Source of the DNA: Lytechinus pictus | Lineage: Eukaryota | Assembly (NCBI RefSeq): GCF_037042905.1 | Contig: NC_087252.1 | Location: 13,146,001-13,210,000 of the forward strand | Reading direction: 5' to 3' | DNA: 64,000 nucleotides | Part shown: positions 11,331 to 24,280 of the stretch, piece after piece | Numbering within the stretch: the stretch's first letter is position 1 | Layout of the letters: every line of letters starts with the position of its first letter | Notes under the pieces: model-generated | What the model was told of the DNA's origin: nothing | The model's database searches: none | What the model saw: the letters and a program-made list of their open reading frames with translations, nothing else | Program-made: the position numbers and the translations under genes

Positions 11331-11607
11331 ATCTAAAATGAAGCCTTGATTGCATATTTTCGAAACGAAAATCATCTGGGATCTTCTATACATTTGGAAT
11401 TACATGACGGATCATAATCAAAGACAAACTTTAGCCCAGGTCCTTAAAACTCGACCCCTTTCTCGTCGCCCCGAAAAGGGTTTGACTGCCATCTTTTCAT
11501 CACATAGGCAAACGCCCTCCTTGCTTGCCTACCATGTAAAACCTTTTTTAAATTCTCCTGTAAAATTGTAAGAATATTGTAAAATAGACAAATAATATAT
11601 ATTTAGC

Positions 11608-11695
11608 ATGAGTGGAAGTGGAAGGCCCAGAACGACATCATTTGCTGATGCCAACAGAGGAAGTACTAGCAGTTATGGTGGACTAAAAGTTTCTC
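11608..11695 (+). CDS. GSK3: Glycogen synthase kinase-3 (GSK3beta/shaggy) exon 1
   Basis: MSGSGRPRTTSFADANRGSTSSYGGLKVS with the inhibitory RPRTTSF motif; 88 nt; donor C|gtaagt. Confidence 0.95.
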
Positions 11696-12175
11696 GTAAG
11701 TAGACATTCACTTTTCATGATGGCACTGCACTGACGCTGGCAATGAGCTGACAGCAGACTGTGTCACTGCAGTGACATGGCGATTCTGTCTTTAAATTTG
11801 CTACATTTCTGCAAAGTGCAATGCTGTGGTATGAAATTATGGCATAATAAGAAGGATTTAATTAACATGATAAAGATAATATAATTATAAACAGATGTGT
11901 GACGGTGAGAGTCGAACAGAGAGACGGCATTTTCAGAGCCAGAGGTCAAAGACAAAGTTATGAACACGATTGAAATGATGGTTAAATAGCATTAGGTCTA
12001 ACATTAGATCTAGCCTACATCTAATGTAATTTCTTTTATCATTCCCCAAGCTTTATTTCATACTAGTGTGCTAATTATTATTACCGGATGTACCGGAAAA
12101 ATGCAGAAAGCTACAGCCAAGTTTCCAGGTCTAGCTTTCGTCCAAGCTCAATCTTCCACAAGTATAATTAATAAT

Positions 12176-12640
12176 ATGGCAAGTTCCCCCAAGTCTGCAC
12201 AGTCCCCCTTGTCTGCGCACACGCTTATCTGCGCGATTCTAGTAAAAGAAGATACGCAACAAACACAGACTTTATACATGCAATACATAGACAGGTATTC
12301 TTTAAAAAATCTGTCTCAAAATAGTGGAAAAATAATGAATTTATGGCATTTCATGTGACGGCCTCAAAATGCAGCCTTTCTCATCAAAATCCCTGAATCG
12401 TGTGCAAAGTGAATGAGTGCGCAGACATGGGGTACCATTTTTTTTTCAATCTGAAAATGACTGCTCGAGGTTTTTTCAAGAAAATCCTATATTTTCTTTC
12501 ATTTTTCAATGAGAAATTTGGTGCACTTACTCATAATAATATAAGGAACATTATTAACTGAAAGATTTTGTGAAATAAGAAAAAAATCATGTTAAATCTT
12601 AACTCAAATTGTTAGGTGCGCAGACTTGGGGCCCACCATC
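12176..12640. mobile_element. Degenerate MITE
   Basis: ccccaagtctgcac / ttgtctgcgcac near the start, inverted to gtgcgcagacatgggg and gtgcgcagacttgggg. Confidence 0.5.
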
Positions 12641-13535
12641 ATAAGTGTGACATGAGACTCCAGTCCAGAGCTCGGAGTTATCTGTCGTGTCTGTTCTACA
12701 AAAATGTAGATCTATCTAACGTTACAGCTAACTGTATTTATTGACTGCCACCTAAATGACCTAATTTGTCTTTAGTAGAAGCATCATAATCTGATCTGTG
12801 AAAATAATATTTTCTCATACCTGCAGAAAATGCAGCAAAATAGAATCCCATATTTAATCGTTTAGACGACTTTGATCCTGCTACAATGTACTTGATTATC
12901 AGCGATCAACAGAGACGACAATTTCCATTGACTTTTGTGCTCATTTCTGCCCTTTTTTTAGGACTGACCACCCGCAATACACTAATTTCACAGTTGATTC
13001 TTTCCACTGGCCAAATGTTTTGCTGACTTTCCAAATTGGTCCTTACATGATGATCACACTGGTTGATTGTCTTGCTACTTTCACCACAAGCTCTGGCACA
13101 TAAATTGACGAAAGATGACGGATATCTGTTCTTAAACTGTTTCTTATCGGCTTCTGTCTTGGTATAAACAGGAGGAGTGGGGTTCAGTTGGGGTCTATCT
13201 AAATGAAGTTCTGAAAGATTAAATTAATTTTCTACCTTTTCCCCCTCTTTTTATTTTAATACCTACGTGTATAAATGATACTTTTATCTGTCTTATCCTT
13301 CCTATGGACACTTCACTTTAATACTCTCCATGCATAGCATAATTTGTAATACAGAATAGACTAAATCGCGCGCAAGCCAAGGTGGTCGGTCTCGACAGAA
13401 AAAAATAGAAGATAAGAATTATAGTATAAAAAAGGAAAATAGTATTTTTTACATAGTGCTGAAAACCTCTTTAACAGAAGTCTCTAAAGCGCTCAATGCA
13501 GCATAATTTCCGTGGCTTTAGCAGAGTTACATGTA

Positions 13536-15230
13536 GGGGAGACCGGGGTTAGTTGGAACATTTTTGACAAAAATGGCTGTAAAATCCAAATAGATTTTAT
13601 TCGAGAAACAATCAATATATATCAGCTTGAAGCATATATCTCAGGGCTTCAAATGTACTCAATAAAATTTTTAAATCTATTATGGTTACTAAAAAAATCC
13701 ACCTTGAACAAGACCATCGCAAACGTTCCAACTTACCCCCATATCGGGGTAAGTTGGAACATGGTATGGGGTAAGTTGGAACCCTGCATGGTCAATTAAG
13801 AATTATACTAAAACTACTTAGAACTGTAATATTACACATGTACATGGTTTTAGCCTATTTGCTTTATCTTATTCAAGTTCAAAATATTAAAGTGTGGATT
13901 CGTTGAACTTTATGTTTTCTATTATACAGCCACTCACGCAAGCAGACTGTGTAGTAGAATTCTGCATATTTGGGTGCGTTTGAGTTTACATGCAATTAAG
14001 TGTACTGTCAGCAATTTCATGTACTTCTGCATCCAATTTTTAAGACAAAAATTGATTGTTTATATTTTTTTATAATTAATTATGCAAATAAGCATGTAAA
14101 ATTTTCCCGATTTTTTTTTTTTTGTATGTTTTTTGCCTTTAACTCTATTTATTAAGCTAGTAGAATGCTAATTTTTGGTGAGAGTATCAATTTTCACATT
14201 TATAACAAATATCCACCCAAAAATATAATATCTTATGTATTTATTTTTTATTTATTATTTTTTTTTTTTCGAACTTTGTTTTTTCCGATGGACTTTGTCA
14301 GGAGTCTTTTGCGATCATAAATAGCATAAAATGAATCTAATTGAACCAGCAAAAGTAAAAAAAAATCAAACTTTAATGAATTTGGTTGAAAAACACAATT
14401 TGCATTGACCTTGTACATAGAATCACGTTTTTGAACAATTTTGGGTCCGAACATGCACATACAATTTGTTGCGTAATTTTGAAACCGCGCACACAGGCAT
14501 CGCAAATTTGGTCTCAAATGATGCGCAAGACTTGAAAGTAAAAAGTCAGCTAGCAGTGTAGTCAAAAAATTTCGTGCGACGGCGTAGTGACAAAATTTCT
14601 TGAGGGGGGCTCAAATTGACCCCCCCCCCCCCCATTTTGATAAGGGTTAACATTGCATTGGGTGCCTACAATAGGCCTTAAATGCACACTCAGACCTAAC
14701 TGATAAACAAAACAAACATGGTATACAATACATGTTCAGAAGAGTGTGAAATACTTTGGTTTTTTTTTCTCATATCCAATGTTTTCATTCATAATTGTGT
14801 TTGGGGTCAGTTGGAACATGTTCCAACTAGCCCCTTCAATTTTGTTCCAACTAACCCTGGAGGCCCATTTGACGTTTATAAGCTTACAGCACAAAAAAGG
14901 GACTTCACCATGGCATAATAATAACCTCATTTTGTAGCTTGGTATACCGTAAGTGTCTATTATACCCCCAAACTGGCCAACTTGATCTATAAACTTCTCT
15001 GAGATAATCAAACATTTCTGAACGAGAAAAAATTTACTCAGAAGGTCAAAAAACAAAAATTTGTTTCTAACTTCACCAGGCTTGTTGCACATGTGTTGTC
15101 TATAATATGGTGGATGGCTGTTGATAATGACAATAACTTGAGGGCAGTATTGCAGAAATTTATTTAAAGACGTTAAAGAAAATTACAATGTTTCAACTTA
15201 ACCCATGTTCCAACTAACCCTGGTCTCCCC
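13536..15230. mobile_element. Non-autonomous DNA transposon with TA TSD and GG...CC termini, carrying an internal TTAA-ended fragment
   Basis: ta|ggggagaccggggttagttggaaca ... tgttccaactaaccctggtctcccc|ta; repeated ggggtaagttggaac motif; nested end gacccccccccccccattttgataagggttaa near 14620..14650. Confidence 0.8.
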
Positions 15231-15234
15231 TACT

Positions 15235-15350
15235 TTACGCACTCAATCATTTCATGGAATAAATTCCTTCCAGGTACCCATTTACCTCACCTGGGTTGAG
15301 GGCTGCACAATGTGGATAATTTTATTGCTGAAAGAAATTTTGCCATGGCT
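15235..15350 (-). mobile_element. SINE fragment, probably split by the 13536..15230 element (other half about 13450..13530)
   Basis: aggtacccatttacctcacctgggttgag resembles the SINE core at 44825..44852; tagtgc...ctctaaagcgct at about 13453..13492 resembles the SINE tail at about 44643..44680. Confidence 0.5.
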
Positions 15351-15840
15351 GTTTATTTACCAGAAAATATGGTTTCATCTGTAACAGACATTTGCTTTCC
15401 ACAGTATGCAAATTATGTCTGAATATTAGTGACTTATCAGTATATGTTCCTGCTTGGCTTTCCATATCTTTGGAATCGAGTATGACCTAGCTACAGTGCC
15501 TGACACTTTCATAAAACGGGCACCGCATTATCAGTCAAATTTGCCACCAAGGTTATACCTTTGCATCAATATCTACATGTAGTTGTCTTTCAAACTGGAT
15601 GTTAGAATAGTCTTTGAAATACAAGTAGGAGACAGTCTCTATTATTGGTTTGTACCAAAATTTTCCATCTCTAAGTTAGTCAAGCCTCTATACATGTAGT
15701 CTGATTGGTCGTCTCACTTCTTTAGAGATGGAAGACATGGTTAGCACATCAATTGTTGACAATTAAAATTCACTACAAAAATAAAAATATACAAGTACAT
15801 ATGTTGTTTGAAGGAAGTATACAAGTACATGAAGTATAAA

Positions 15841-16298
15841 GGCCCTCATTCCATAGAAGGGAGACCTTTGAAAGAACAAAATTTGGCAAGGTGTTACAGC
15901 CACGAAAGACCCTTCGAAGAACTCAGAAAAACTGATTGATACTTCTTGTCTTTTTAATACTGGGCTTAGACTAGTCCTAGAGAGATCTTTCAATGGTCTT
16001 TCAGAGATCTTTCATGCAACAAGTGATCATTCAGATTTCTTTCCATGGACTTTTCCTGGTCTTTCAATGATCTTTTTCTGTTGAGTCTTTCAGCGATCTC
16101 TACAAAAATCTTGAGGGGCTGTCAAAAGTTCATGGAAAGACTAAAGAACTTTGAAAGTTTATCAACAGAATGCTGAAAGACAATCAGTGTTTCGAACCAT
16201 TTCAAAGAGTTGTGGAGATTATGGAGACCACAAAGATCAAGCAAGTTTTATGGTCTTACAGCGGTCTTTCAGAGATCTTGCCCTCTGTGGAATGGGGG
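15841..16298. mobile_element. Degenerate MITE
   Basis: ccctcattccatagaagggagacctttgaaaga vs tctttcagagatcttgccctctgtggaatgggg; internal tctttca/tgaaaga repeats. Confidence 0.55.
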
Positions 16299-16304
16299 TT
16301 TAAA

Positions 16305-16772
16305 CCCGGGGGGGGGGGGGGAGGGGGCACTCAAATTATATTTTGATTGGGATGTGCCTCACGAAACCCTGAAATGGACCTGAAATGGGGCTCTAAGGAA
16401 CTGACCACAAGGGTAACAGTGTCTTGGGAACTAAATATATACCGGGCGGTGTGAAAAACAGGGTCTACGGAACGGGATCATGGTACAGTGGGCGCTGGCG
16501 GTGCATGGAGCTGCGAGTGCTAGCAGAGCGGGAGTTTGCATGCAGCTCTCGCATGCGGAGCTTGCGCTGGACAATTTTGGCAGGGCAACATGTAGGGAAC
16601 TGAGACATTTCGTAACGGGTCTTGCGAGTGGAGCGAGGCGGCTTCCGAATGGAATTTTTCTCATTAAGAGTATCAAGAGGACTGAAAATTAGGTCTGAAA
16701 AAGGGGGTCATCAAAGCGGCACGTTCCCGTATCACCATTATATGTAAGTGCCCCCCCCCCACTCTTCCCGGG
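16305..16772. mobile_element. MITE with CCCGGG-polyG termini and a direct target duplication
   Basis: gtttaaa|cccggggg...gggggcact ... agtgccccccc...cccggg|gtttaaa; TSD is 7 or 9 bp depending on where the ends are placed. Confidence 0.75.
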
Positions 16773-17835
16773 GTTTAAACTACAGTAAAAACAGTAGAGC
16801 ATTTTGGAGATGCAGAATACAATGAATCCAGAGCCACTTTTCATGCTACTTCTATCCTGTGATGCACTGTTTCCCTACATCTTTGACCAAATTATTATAC
16901 AATATTGTAGATCTATGTAGACCCACCTGTAGACTTTTATGTCCATTTAGGTAGACATTTATGGAAAATGATCTTTCAGAGTCAAGAAAGTACATGTAGG
17001 GAATATTCTTAATTTTCTTGGTAGTTTCCAACAAATTCAGAAAATATGGGAAAACAGATGGGACTTTCATGAATTAAAAGATGTGAAATTTCAGCCACAT
17101 TTTCAGAAGGGTTTGTGTCTCCATTTGGTCAAATGGTTGTCAACGTAGAAAAACATCTTAGTGCAGTTTTAATGGTCATCTGATTGGCGATTTTAGGTTT
17201 TGACTCAGCCCTCGTACATACATGTACATGCACTGGTAGTCTGAAAAAAAATTACTCCTTCAATGTGCACATGGTCCGGTCAGGGCCTTTAGGGCTTAGG
17301 CTGTATATTTTCAGACCCTTTCCTCTCAAATGAAGTGAGAGCAAATGAAGTGAGAGGGTTTGCACAGCAAACTACCTACATGTAGGTCAATATATAGCTG
17401 ATGATGCAAACAAGTAGGCCTTGAGAGAGTACAGTATGCTGTATTGCGCAATATGGTAACATTTCTTGTAGCCTTGTTTTTATGTACATGGAGCATTTGT
17501 ATTAAGTCGTCTGTAAAAGCAGTCAAAGTATGGGTACATGTACAGGTAGATGCAGACCTGCCAACCAGTACGGTTTTGGCGTATTTAGTTCGTATTACAT
17601 GGCAGTTTTTTCTTTAATTTTTTTTTTTTTTTTACAAAATCATAATTTATTGAGAAAAATCATCTCTATATGTCTCTATTTCATAAAACTTACACAAATA
17701 TGGTTATTAGATTGATCAATGTAATTTCAGGTAACTTTTTTTTTCAATCATTTTGTTAAAACCAGAGTGAGATATACACATGTTTCAATTTTTTTTTTCT
17801 CATCTGCAAGAGCAGTGCGCATTTTAGCTTTCATG

Positions 17836-18723
17836 TAGCCTCTTGTCGATGCCCTGTCGGCTGCTTTCCGAGCGAACATGGCTAAGCGAGGGAGAGAGCG
17901 AAGCAGAGCGGCGCGAGACAGGGCAGGGCCTCTTGACATCTGAGCCGAATTTCACTGACTTTCTTTTGTTTTTTATTGTTTTTACCAATATTCCGACCAA
18001 GAACTGGTCGGTGAAAATCATCCAATGAGAGCGCGGGCCGCTATGACGTCATATTGAATATTCATGAGCTCATCTTGAATGGCGACCCGTGGATTCTTGG
18101 CGAAGAGTGACGACGAAATATCAAAGAGCATTGAATATGCCTCTAAAATGCTGATTATTGACCGATTTAAGGATTTGCAAGTCGATGAAATTAAATCTGC
18201 ACTGAAAGGAAGAGATGTTTTTGTAAATCTACCCACAGGATATGGAAAAATGTAATATTTCATGCAATTCCAATATGCGTCGATCTCCGCTGTGCAGTGA
18301 GGGAATGCTGGAGTAAAGTTGCATCCCCTAGACTTGAGTCTGACCAGCGGCTGACCAGTATCCCCCGGCAAGTTTCGGGGCGGTGGTGGGTCTGTTAAGA
18401 CCAGTACTAGTAGCAATAGTAGTACCACTACTCGTAGCATTTTGCTGGTTTTATCCCTTTTAGTGTCCCGCAATTCAATGAATCCCCTGCAGAATAGTGG
18501 ACTACTATAGTATTCTGAACCTCGGACGAAACAGCTTTGACATTTCATTGGTTTACTATAGGAGACCGGTAATATCATGACTCATGTATATTCATTAGGA
18601 AGACGTTCCTCATGAATATATAATTCAGCTCAGATGTCAAGAGGCCCTGGCTCGCGCCAGGCCTAATTAGGAAATCCCTCGCTTCGCTCGGGAAGCAGCC
18701 GCCAGGGCCTCGACAAGAGGCTA
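17836..18723. mobile_element. Internally deleted Academ (AcademH-type) transposon
   Basis: gctttcatg|TAGCCTCTTGTCGA...TCGACAAGAGGCTA|gctttcatg: TAG..CTA termini, perfect 9-bp TSD, long imperfect TIRs and a RecQ-type helicase remnant inside. Confidence 0.85.
18079..18255 (+). pseudogene. Truncated RecQ/SF2 helicase N-terminus within the Academ element
   Basis: MATRGFLAKSDDEISKSIEYASKMLIIDRFKDLQVDEIKSALKGRDVFVNLPTGYGKM*: Q-motif-like FKDLQ and Walker A GRDVFVNLPTGYGK, then a stop. At 58 aa it is below the ORF-track cutoff. Confidence 0.8.
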
Positions 18724-19064
18724 GCTTTCATGCAGCTTGAGCGCCGCGATGAGCGAGTGCGCCACGCATTTTATTATGAAATACACTTTTTTTGGGAAAC
18801 ATACAGTTTTTTTAATCACAGAATACAATTTTTCATTCCCAGAGGTTGGCAGGTCTGTAGATGCACATCAGGGGAAAAAAATTACACAGGTATGGGTCGC
18901 TTTTGCCCCCAAAATGCTGTTAAGAGCCCTCAAAAAATGAAAAAGAGCCCCTGAAATTCACATCTAGGGTCCTATGTAAACTTAATGCAATGTGCCAAAT
19001 TTGCGGGGGTTGAGCTCAAAAGTAGCACCCCGAAAAAAAAAATATATAATAATAATAATGATAA

Positions 19065-19235
19065 CAGGGGTGTGAGAGTTCAGATTTTTATCTGATTTCA
19101 GATTTTTGTTTTGATTTTCAGCTTATTTTTGGCCTTCTTCTGTACAAACAGTATGGGAGCTCTTTCTATTTCAGACTTTTTCAACACTCTTCAGCTTTTT
19201 TCAGATCTTTTTATTTGTGACCACTCACACCCCTG
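19065..19235. mobile_element. Short hAT-like MITE
   Basis: caggggtgtgag ... ctcacacccctg TIR with internal ttcagattttt repeats; TSD not preserved. Confidence 0.6.
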
Positions 19236-22200
19236 AATAAAATATAAGTAAATAAATAAATAAAATTCCCTGACACAATGTATGTATACGCTGTACAGTG
19301 TAGGTGGCCATTACAATTACTACTGGTGCATACAATTCCTGTGCACACACATAGGCCTGTCACAATTCTGTGATATAGTCATTTGAATGGCTCACGAGCG
19401 AGATCACTGGGTATATATATCACATTCGTTGTGCAAAGTAATAAACTCTAACCTCATGCGAGTGTGTGTGTGGTAGGTGGAGGGATATAAAAACTCATTA
19501 GATGTAGCCGTATTACACTGAAGTGTACATCATATGTGCTGGCCATGACAGAATGAGTCACACAGTACTAATTAGATTGATTTACATTGTGCTAACTATT
19601 AAAAGCCATCAATAAAAACAATACAAGGCATATTGGCAGAACAGGCACTACATGTAGTATTTACCAGTATCAGATGGCCAGTTGGCAGCTTGTAAACAAA
19701 CATTGAGTTGGAACTGGAATGATTTGGAATGGCCTGTCTAGTTTATCCTTTTTTTGGCAACTTTAGACTGTACTTTACAGGGTATTACATGTAAATGTAT
19801 TAACATTCCCTTCTCATAAAATTTTAGTGGCTGTCAACCCCGTTGATTCTGTGAACTTAGCTTAAAATATTGAATTGTGTATATCTGGCGCCCTCTCTTG
19901 ATATTGGTTTAGACCCATAATATTTTTTAAAGGCCACTTTGAAGTTTGAACTCTGAAATTGTAACATTAAGAATTTGATGTACATGTATGTATTTAATAG
20001 AAAGCTTCATCATTTCCAGAATTTTTGGTCCATTCCATACTTGAGAATTATTTTTATTTTGATTGAACACCTGATCAATAGAGATATTCCTGTAAAATCA
20101 AATAGCACCACTCTTAATCAAATCAAATAGACGTGGTTTATTGTCATGTCATTCACAGTTTTTCTCTTTCACAGTTTTCACACCCTATTAGTTTTAGGAT
20201 GCATGCCCATACTATAGCGACAGAATTTTCAGGGATTACCAACATGTAAAAGGGGTTTTGAAAAAACTGAAAAAACCATAAGATTTCAATAATTGCATTT
20301 TGCACGTACAGTACATGTAGGCAAGTACACCTACCCCCATCCCTCTCTTGGTCCCAATTTAAAGTGATGCTACATGTACATGTACTTTATGTAATACCAT
20401 GTTAAAGTCTGATATAGGATGTACAGTGTAGGATTTGATTTGGTATTTTTCAACCTCCATGTCCATTAGTTCATAAATTCTAAAATTCTTTGAAGGGCTA
20501 CACTACTACCTTTATTATCATATCAAGCAAAATAGTTGAAAACAACAGTACAGTACATGATGGCCTACACTTCGAGCCTACATGTACAGTACATGCAATA
20601 GCTTTACCTGCAAATTTCAATGCATGCTCTTTCATAACATTATTTGACCTAAGGAAACACGCATTCAGTGCTGTGCAACATGCATAAAGTATGCATCCAG
20701 GTATGAAACAGACCAGTTCTCAAGCTGAGCGCGACCAGCGCTGTTGCAACCAACCAATCTTCCCTCCTCTGCGTGATGCCTGGGGTGCTGTGTGATGACG
20801 TGAAACAAATGCATAATTATTTCAATTTATTACATGTAATGAGATGCATGGCCTAGAGCCCTGCATACTAACCTGCATTCATACATGATTGTATTTGACC
20901 GAGAATGTAATGTACACAGTCACAGTGCTTGGTCCCAGCAAAAGTCTTCGTCCGTATGAACATACATGTACAGACTTGTAAAGCGCACTTTCCATCTTGA
21001 TTAGATACTCAAGGCGCTTCAGAGCAGAATAACAACAAAAACAAATCACATATATCATACATGTATGTTTGAACGAACATGTTGTACATGTAGTTGTTGT
21101 CTATTCAGGTGTGTTTACAGGTTGAATTTTGAATTTCATATTCATTTTAGAATTTGCACTGATTACTGTTAACGATATACTGTACACATGTACATGAACA
21201 TGTCAGTCACCATGTGCTGTGTGTGTTCCCACTATAAAAAAAAATCAGTTCATGTGTACACTACATATGCAATGTGTTGTCTGGGAGGGGGGTACATGAT
21301 GACTTTAAGGGCTGATGATCCCCATAATAGCCCCCACGTGTTGTGAAAGAGCCCCTTGCCCCCAATGTTTTAATTCAAGAATGAACAGCTGGAGGTAAAT
21401 ACAAAAAAAAATAGATTGCCCTGATGTACATGTACATGTAATCCATCAATGATTTCTCCATGTAATATCAGCATTGATTTGGGTCCCATTTAACACAAAG
21501 GTTTAATAGCGATTAATCGTACGCTTGATTTTCACGATTGATTGTACATTGTAGTCAATGCAATCAATCGTAGAAAAATGCCTGTATTGAATTCCTAATG
21601 TACATTACATGCACATGTACAATGTAGGTGTACTAAAAATTTATGAGAGATGCTTGTATTCACTGTACACCTGCATTATTTATGGTGTCTACAGTCTTTA
21701 AACAATAGAGGTTGATCTATATTGTAAATATATGTACACGTAGCTAGCCTTCATATTGTTACTGGCAGTAATTCTGATACATGTACACTGTACATGTACT
21801 GTACATGTATGAAAGCATGCACAGATCTGTACAGGTCACAGTACTTTCTCTTTCTGTCATAGTTTTACTACAAAAATGTAGATGACGTAAATTCAAGTTG
21901 AACTTGATGCATATTTGTACAGTATGTGTACTGTCCATATACACATAAATGTAGATTCTACTCATTTTATGAACTTGCACAGTGCGACAGACATGTCAAT
22001 CAGATATTTGTTTTGGTCACTATATACATGTAGGCTCTTTTTTTAATCCTCTGTCCCATTTTTTTTTTTTGGGGGGTGGGTCGTTTTTTTTTTTTTTTTT
22101 TTAATGTTTTGTTTCTTCATTTGTTTGTTTATAAGCACTCATGTACACTAAGTTATTTGATGCAGTGTATTATTTTCTTTAGGTCTACAATGGGCAATGT

Positions 22201-24280
22201 GCACTTGAAAAACATGTACAGGTATTAAAGGGAAAGTTAACCCTGGCGATAAGTTAGTTAAATTAAAGAAAAATATAATATTGACAGATTTTCAACAAAC
22301 TTTCACCAGTATTTTCTCTAAATTACACACTCTAATATCCTGCCTATTATTAACTGATCGTAAGGGGGGACACAGTTTAAGAGATTTATAGAAGTTATAC
22401 ATGTACATGTACCTATGCGAAGTTTAATAATTGTGTATTGCTTATAAAATAATAAAATCTCCGTAATCCAGGCCCGTTGACCTTCTGTATTTAAAGTGGA
22501 ATACATGTACATGTAGTTGCCAATTAGCCAAAGTCGAAAGACTTTTTTTGAGATTGCGATCAGATGCAAGATGCGCTATTTACCTACTGTACATTTATTG
22601 AAAGTCAAACACATTTCTGTGGTCTTATAAATTAATTTGCCAAATATATTTGGTAGGTTTAAAAAAAAATCTCTCTGTCTTTATGTGTATCATGAATGCT
22701 TCAAAATAGTAAAATTAAACTTGTTCATCTTTATATCATTCCACCTAAATACAGATTCATGACGTTTGACCTGAGAAGTGCACTAATGGTGGCAGGGTTC
22801 CATATAAACTTGTAAAAAAAATAAAATAAAAAAAAGGCATAATAGCAACCGTATACCAACCAAAGCGACTGATATTTGCACACACGTTTGCTTAAGGGCA
22901 AGAGAAGTAGACTTTGATTACTGACAAGCTGATTGGTCAGTGCCCTTTGGATTTATGATTTGGAGGCAGCTGATTGGCTGAGTGGAGGCAAACGCCCACA
23001 ACACACCCCTGCCCTGCCCACTAATTAAATGTTCCTGCAATGGCAGCCATGCATGTATCCCATCAACGACGTTCCCAACACGGTTCGTAAACCCTTACCC
23101 TTTTTGTGTGATCATTAGGCATGTACATGTATACTGACATCTTGCAGTGCACACTGGCTTGCAGTTTGAGCATTTTTACTAAACTTTCCATCTGCTACTT
23201 TCAGTCTATCTTTCACTTAAAATGCTTAAAGCCTGAAGGCAGATCCTTTAGTATCTCTGCAGACTGCAGTATAATTTCATCTTCTTGCATCGAGATTGGA
23301 ATATTTGAAACTGTGTCTTTCATCTTTTCAATATCTGCTTTTACTACTTACATGTATTTCATATTCAGAGGTTGTATTGAACTGGTGCTTGTACATGTAT
23401 TTCATTGCCTGACATGATTACCCCTTTTTCTCCTGGCATAATGATGTTCTTCCCATTTTCATGATGTAGGCTTTGCCCTCCTATTGCATCATACACTGCT
23501 TTTTTCACCCTGTTGCCCATGACTATATACATGTAAAGGAATAAATTCCTTTACATGTACACCCTGCATATACTGTACATGTACATGTTACCCGACATAG
23601 CACCAGCCACCAGGATACATACTTTTTTTTTTTCCCCCCAGGGTTTGGGAAGGGGGAGGATGGTGTGTTTCAGGGTTATTAAAGTTGGTCGACGCAAACA
23701 ACGCAAATTTTAGTAAAACTTCTGTCTTTGAAGCATCATTTGCAATTATGCAAGTATGTAGGCCCTTTTCCAGGATCTTTTCACCTTCCATATCAGCTGT
23801 CTGTCTTTCTCCTACAGTACATTCTCTTCGCTTTTCTGTCTCTCTCTCCTTCCAGGGCTCCTCCACCACCTCTCTCTCTTTCTCTCTCCTTCACCTTGTG
23901 CAACTAATCTCTCTTTAATATACCTGCAGCACTTGTAAAGTTTAGCTCTTCATCGCTTCAGTGTACGAGTTTGTAGCATGATTTTTTTTGTGTGATATCC
24001 TTCATGTACATGTACATGTACACACTGTACATTATAGCATTTCTATGTTTATACATTGTATGTATGCTCCCATTCAGGTAGTGAATTTTCCGTACACTCT
24101 CACTCTTTCTCTGTGGCAAACTTTATACTGTAAATAATTTCATAGTTTTTACATGTACATGTACATGTACTTCAAGTGTTTTGAGAGGTACATTCAGATA
24201 CGTGTTCCTTTAACACAGTATACATGTAATTGTCACTGAACTGTTTTAAAGGTGCACTGAACTTAAGTATTGATTTAAAT

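Larger units (their letters stand above)
17553..18857. mobile_element. Non-autonomous DNA transposon (CAGACCTGCCAACC TIR) hosting the AcademH-type insertion
   Basis: tagatg|cagacctgccaacc ... ggttggcaggtctg|tagatg; perfect 14-bp TIR; TSD 6 or 8 bp depending on end placement. Confidence 0.8.

Noticed and set aside
18018..18578. 186-aa minus-strand ORF
   Set aside because: Lies inside the Academ element, largely antisense to the helicase remnant, with no recognisable domain; not called as a gene.
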